IMG/VR virus record: IMGVR_UViG_3300036760_000504
Coordinates: 1 to 53,893 of that record
Direction: 5' to 3' (one strand)
Origin: a virus
Lineage: Duplodnaviria > Caudoviricetes
DNA length: 53,893 bases
Position 1 is the stretch's first letter. Each line of letters opens with the position of its first letter. The notes under the pieces were generated by a model, which was not told the DNA's origin, did no database searches, and saw nothing but the letters and a program-made list of their open reading frames with translations. Position numbers and translations under genes: made by a program. This document shows, piece after piece, positions 53,089 to 53,893 of the stretch.

Positions 53089-53429
53089 ACTTTACCCGGG
53101 CACTTGAGGTGCTATCCAACCGCGGCCACAGCCTCAAGGCCCTGCTGCATGAATACCCTATGGACTTGGTAGCAAATCTCTACCGGGCAGCCATGGAAAA
53201 CCGGCGGGACGAGATCAAGGCCGAGGTATTGGGGCTGACAGTCGCGGTCACGAATGCCATAGACGTAACCATCGGCGGCGGTAAGGGGAACATCTTGAAC
53301 GACTGGTTCAAGGCAATGGACGATCCTGGGAGAGAACGGCTGCAAGAGCCCAAGCCCAAGCGGTCAAAACTCTCCCCGGACGCCATAGCGTTTTTTAGCG
53401 GCCTACCCACGAAACCCAAAAAGGATTGA
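53031..53429 (+). CDS. gpT-like frameshift extension (-1 programmed frameshift)
   Basis: The -1 frame from A AAA AAC is open through 53109 to the stop at 53429. Confidence 0.7.
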   Translation, partial: KKLLAPDHGSVQVDGQGGLNFTRALEVLSNRGHSLKALLHEYPMDLVANLYRAAMENRRDEIKAEVLGLTVAVTNAIDVTIGGGKGNILNDWFKAMDDPGRERLQEPKPKRSKLSPDAIAFFSGLPTKPKKD

Positions 53430-53431
53430 CC

Positions 53432-53893
53432 ATGGCTGACAATGAAGCCCTTGGAACCCTGATATCTAAATTAGTGGTTGATGTAGCCGACTTGAAGAAG
53501 GGACTTCAAGATGGCCGCAATGAGCTCACTGCTTTTAAGTCTTTCAGTAGCGACCTGTCTGCCAAGATTAAGACCGCTTTAACCTTCACCGTGGGAATCC
53601 TGGGCGTTAGCGCCCTGATAGGCGAACTCAAAAGTCTGACTGAGGATGTGGTCAGCGTCGGGTCCAAACTGCAAACCCTTAAACTGGCGGCTTATGCCGT
53701 GGGTCAGAACTTCGGCTATACCGCCGGGGTAATCGACTCTTTTGTCGTGGACCTGAAAAAGCTCAGGATTTCCTCCAGCGACGCCTATGAGGCGGTAAGT
53801 CAATTCGCCAGTCATGGCCTGGATCCTAGTAAGTTGCAGGCTATTGCCTTGGCAGCTCGGGATTTGGCGGTAGCGGCCGGCAAATCTCCCCAG
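53432..53893 (+). CDS. Tape measure protein, 5' part (continues at position 128)
   Basis: MADNEALGTLISKLVVDVADLKKGL; in frame with ORF 68..2338 across the overlap. Confidence 0.88.
   Translation, partial: MADNEALGTLISKLVVDVADLKKGLQDGRNELTAFKSFSSDLSAKIKTALTFTVGILGVSALIGELKSLTEDVVSVGSKLQTLKLAAYAVGQNFGYTAGVIDSFVVDLKKLRISSSDAYEAVSQFASHGLDPSKLQAIALAARDLAVAAGKSPQ

Larger units (their letters stand above)
1..53893. mobile_element. Complete circular(ised) tailed phage genome, about 53,766 bp non-redundant, temperate-type regulation
   Basis: 127-bp identical ends; portal, protease, HK97 capsid, tail, tape measure, terminase, lysis, replication and repressor genes all present. Confidence 0.93.

Overview
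The window looks like one complete circular genome of a tailed, HK97-fold, siphovirus-like phage of about 53.77 kb. Bases 1-127 are identical to 53767-53893, and the tape-measure gene runs across that junction. Gene order: tail tip and fibre genes, SpeD-like gene, lysis genes plus a caspase-family protease, cI/cro/cII-like switch, MT-A70 methylase with a nuclease-like partner, replication initiator and DnaB, accessory genes, a fragmented packaging module, a repressor-controlled early/recombination operon sitting between terminase and portal, then head genes, a glycosyltransferase cassette, neck and tail genes. I recognised no integrase, tRNA or canonical CRISPR array. The most striking element is at 31.8-33.3 kb: a Cas7/RAMP-like gene and a partner gene flanked by strictly phased (GGY-NN)n pentamer arrays divided into units by GGAAC. 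This is a candidate RNA-guided system with a non-contiguous guide code. Other highlights: an HNH gene with its own perfect promoter overprinted inside an uninterrupted DNA-methyltransferase frame; a terminase large subunit split into separate ATPase and nuclease genes plus a degenerate second nuclease-like copy; a roughly 600-nt structured non-coding leader; three near-identical operator/promoter units; and a portal-gpF fusion carrying an intein with a DUF559/Vsr-like nuclease. All family assignments come from motif recognition by eye, not from database searches.
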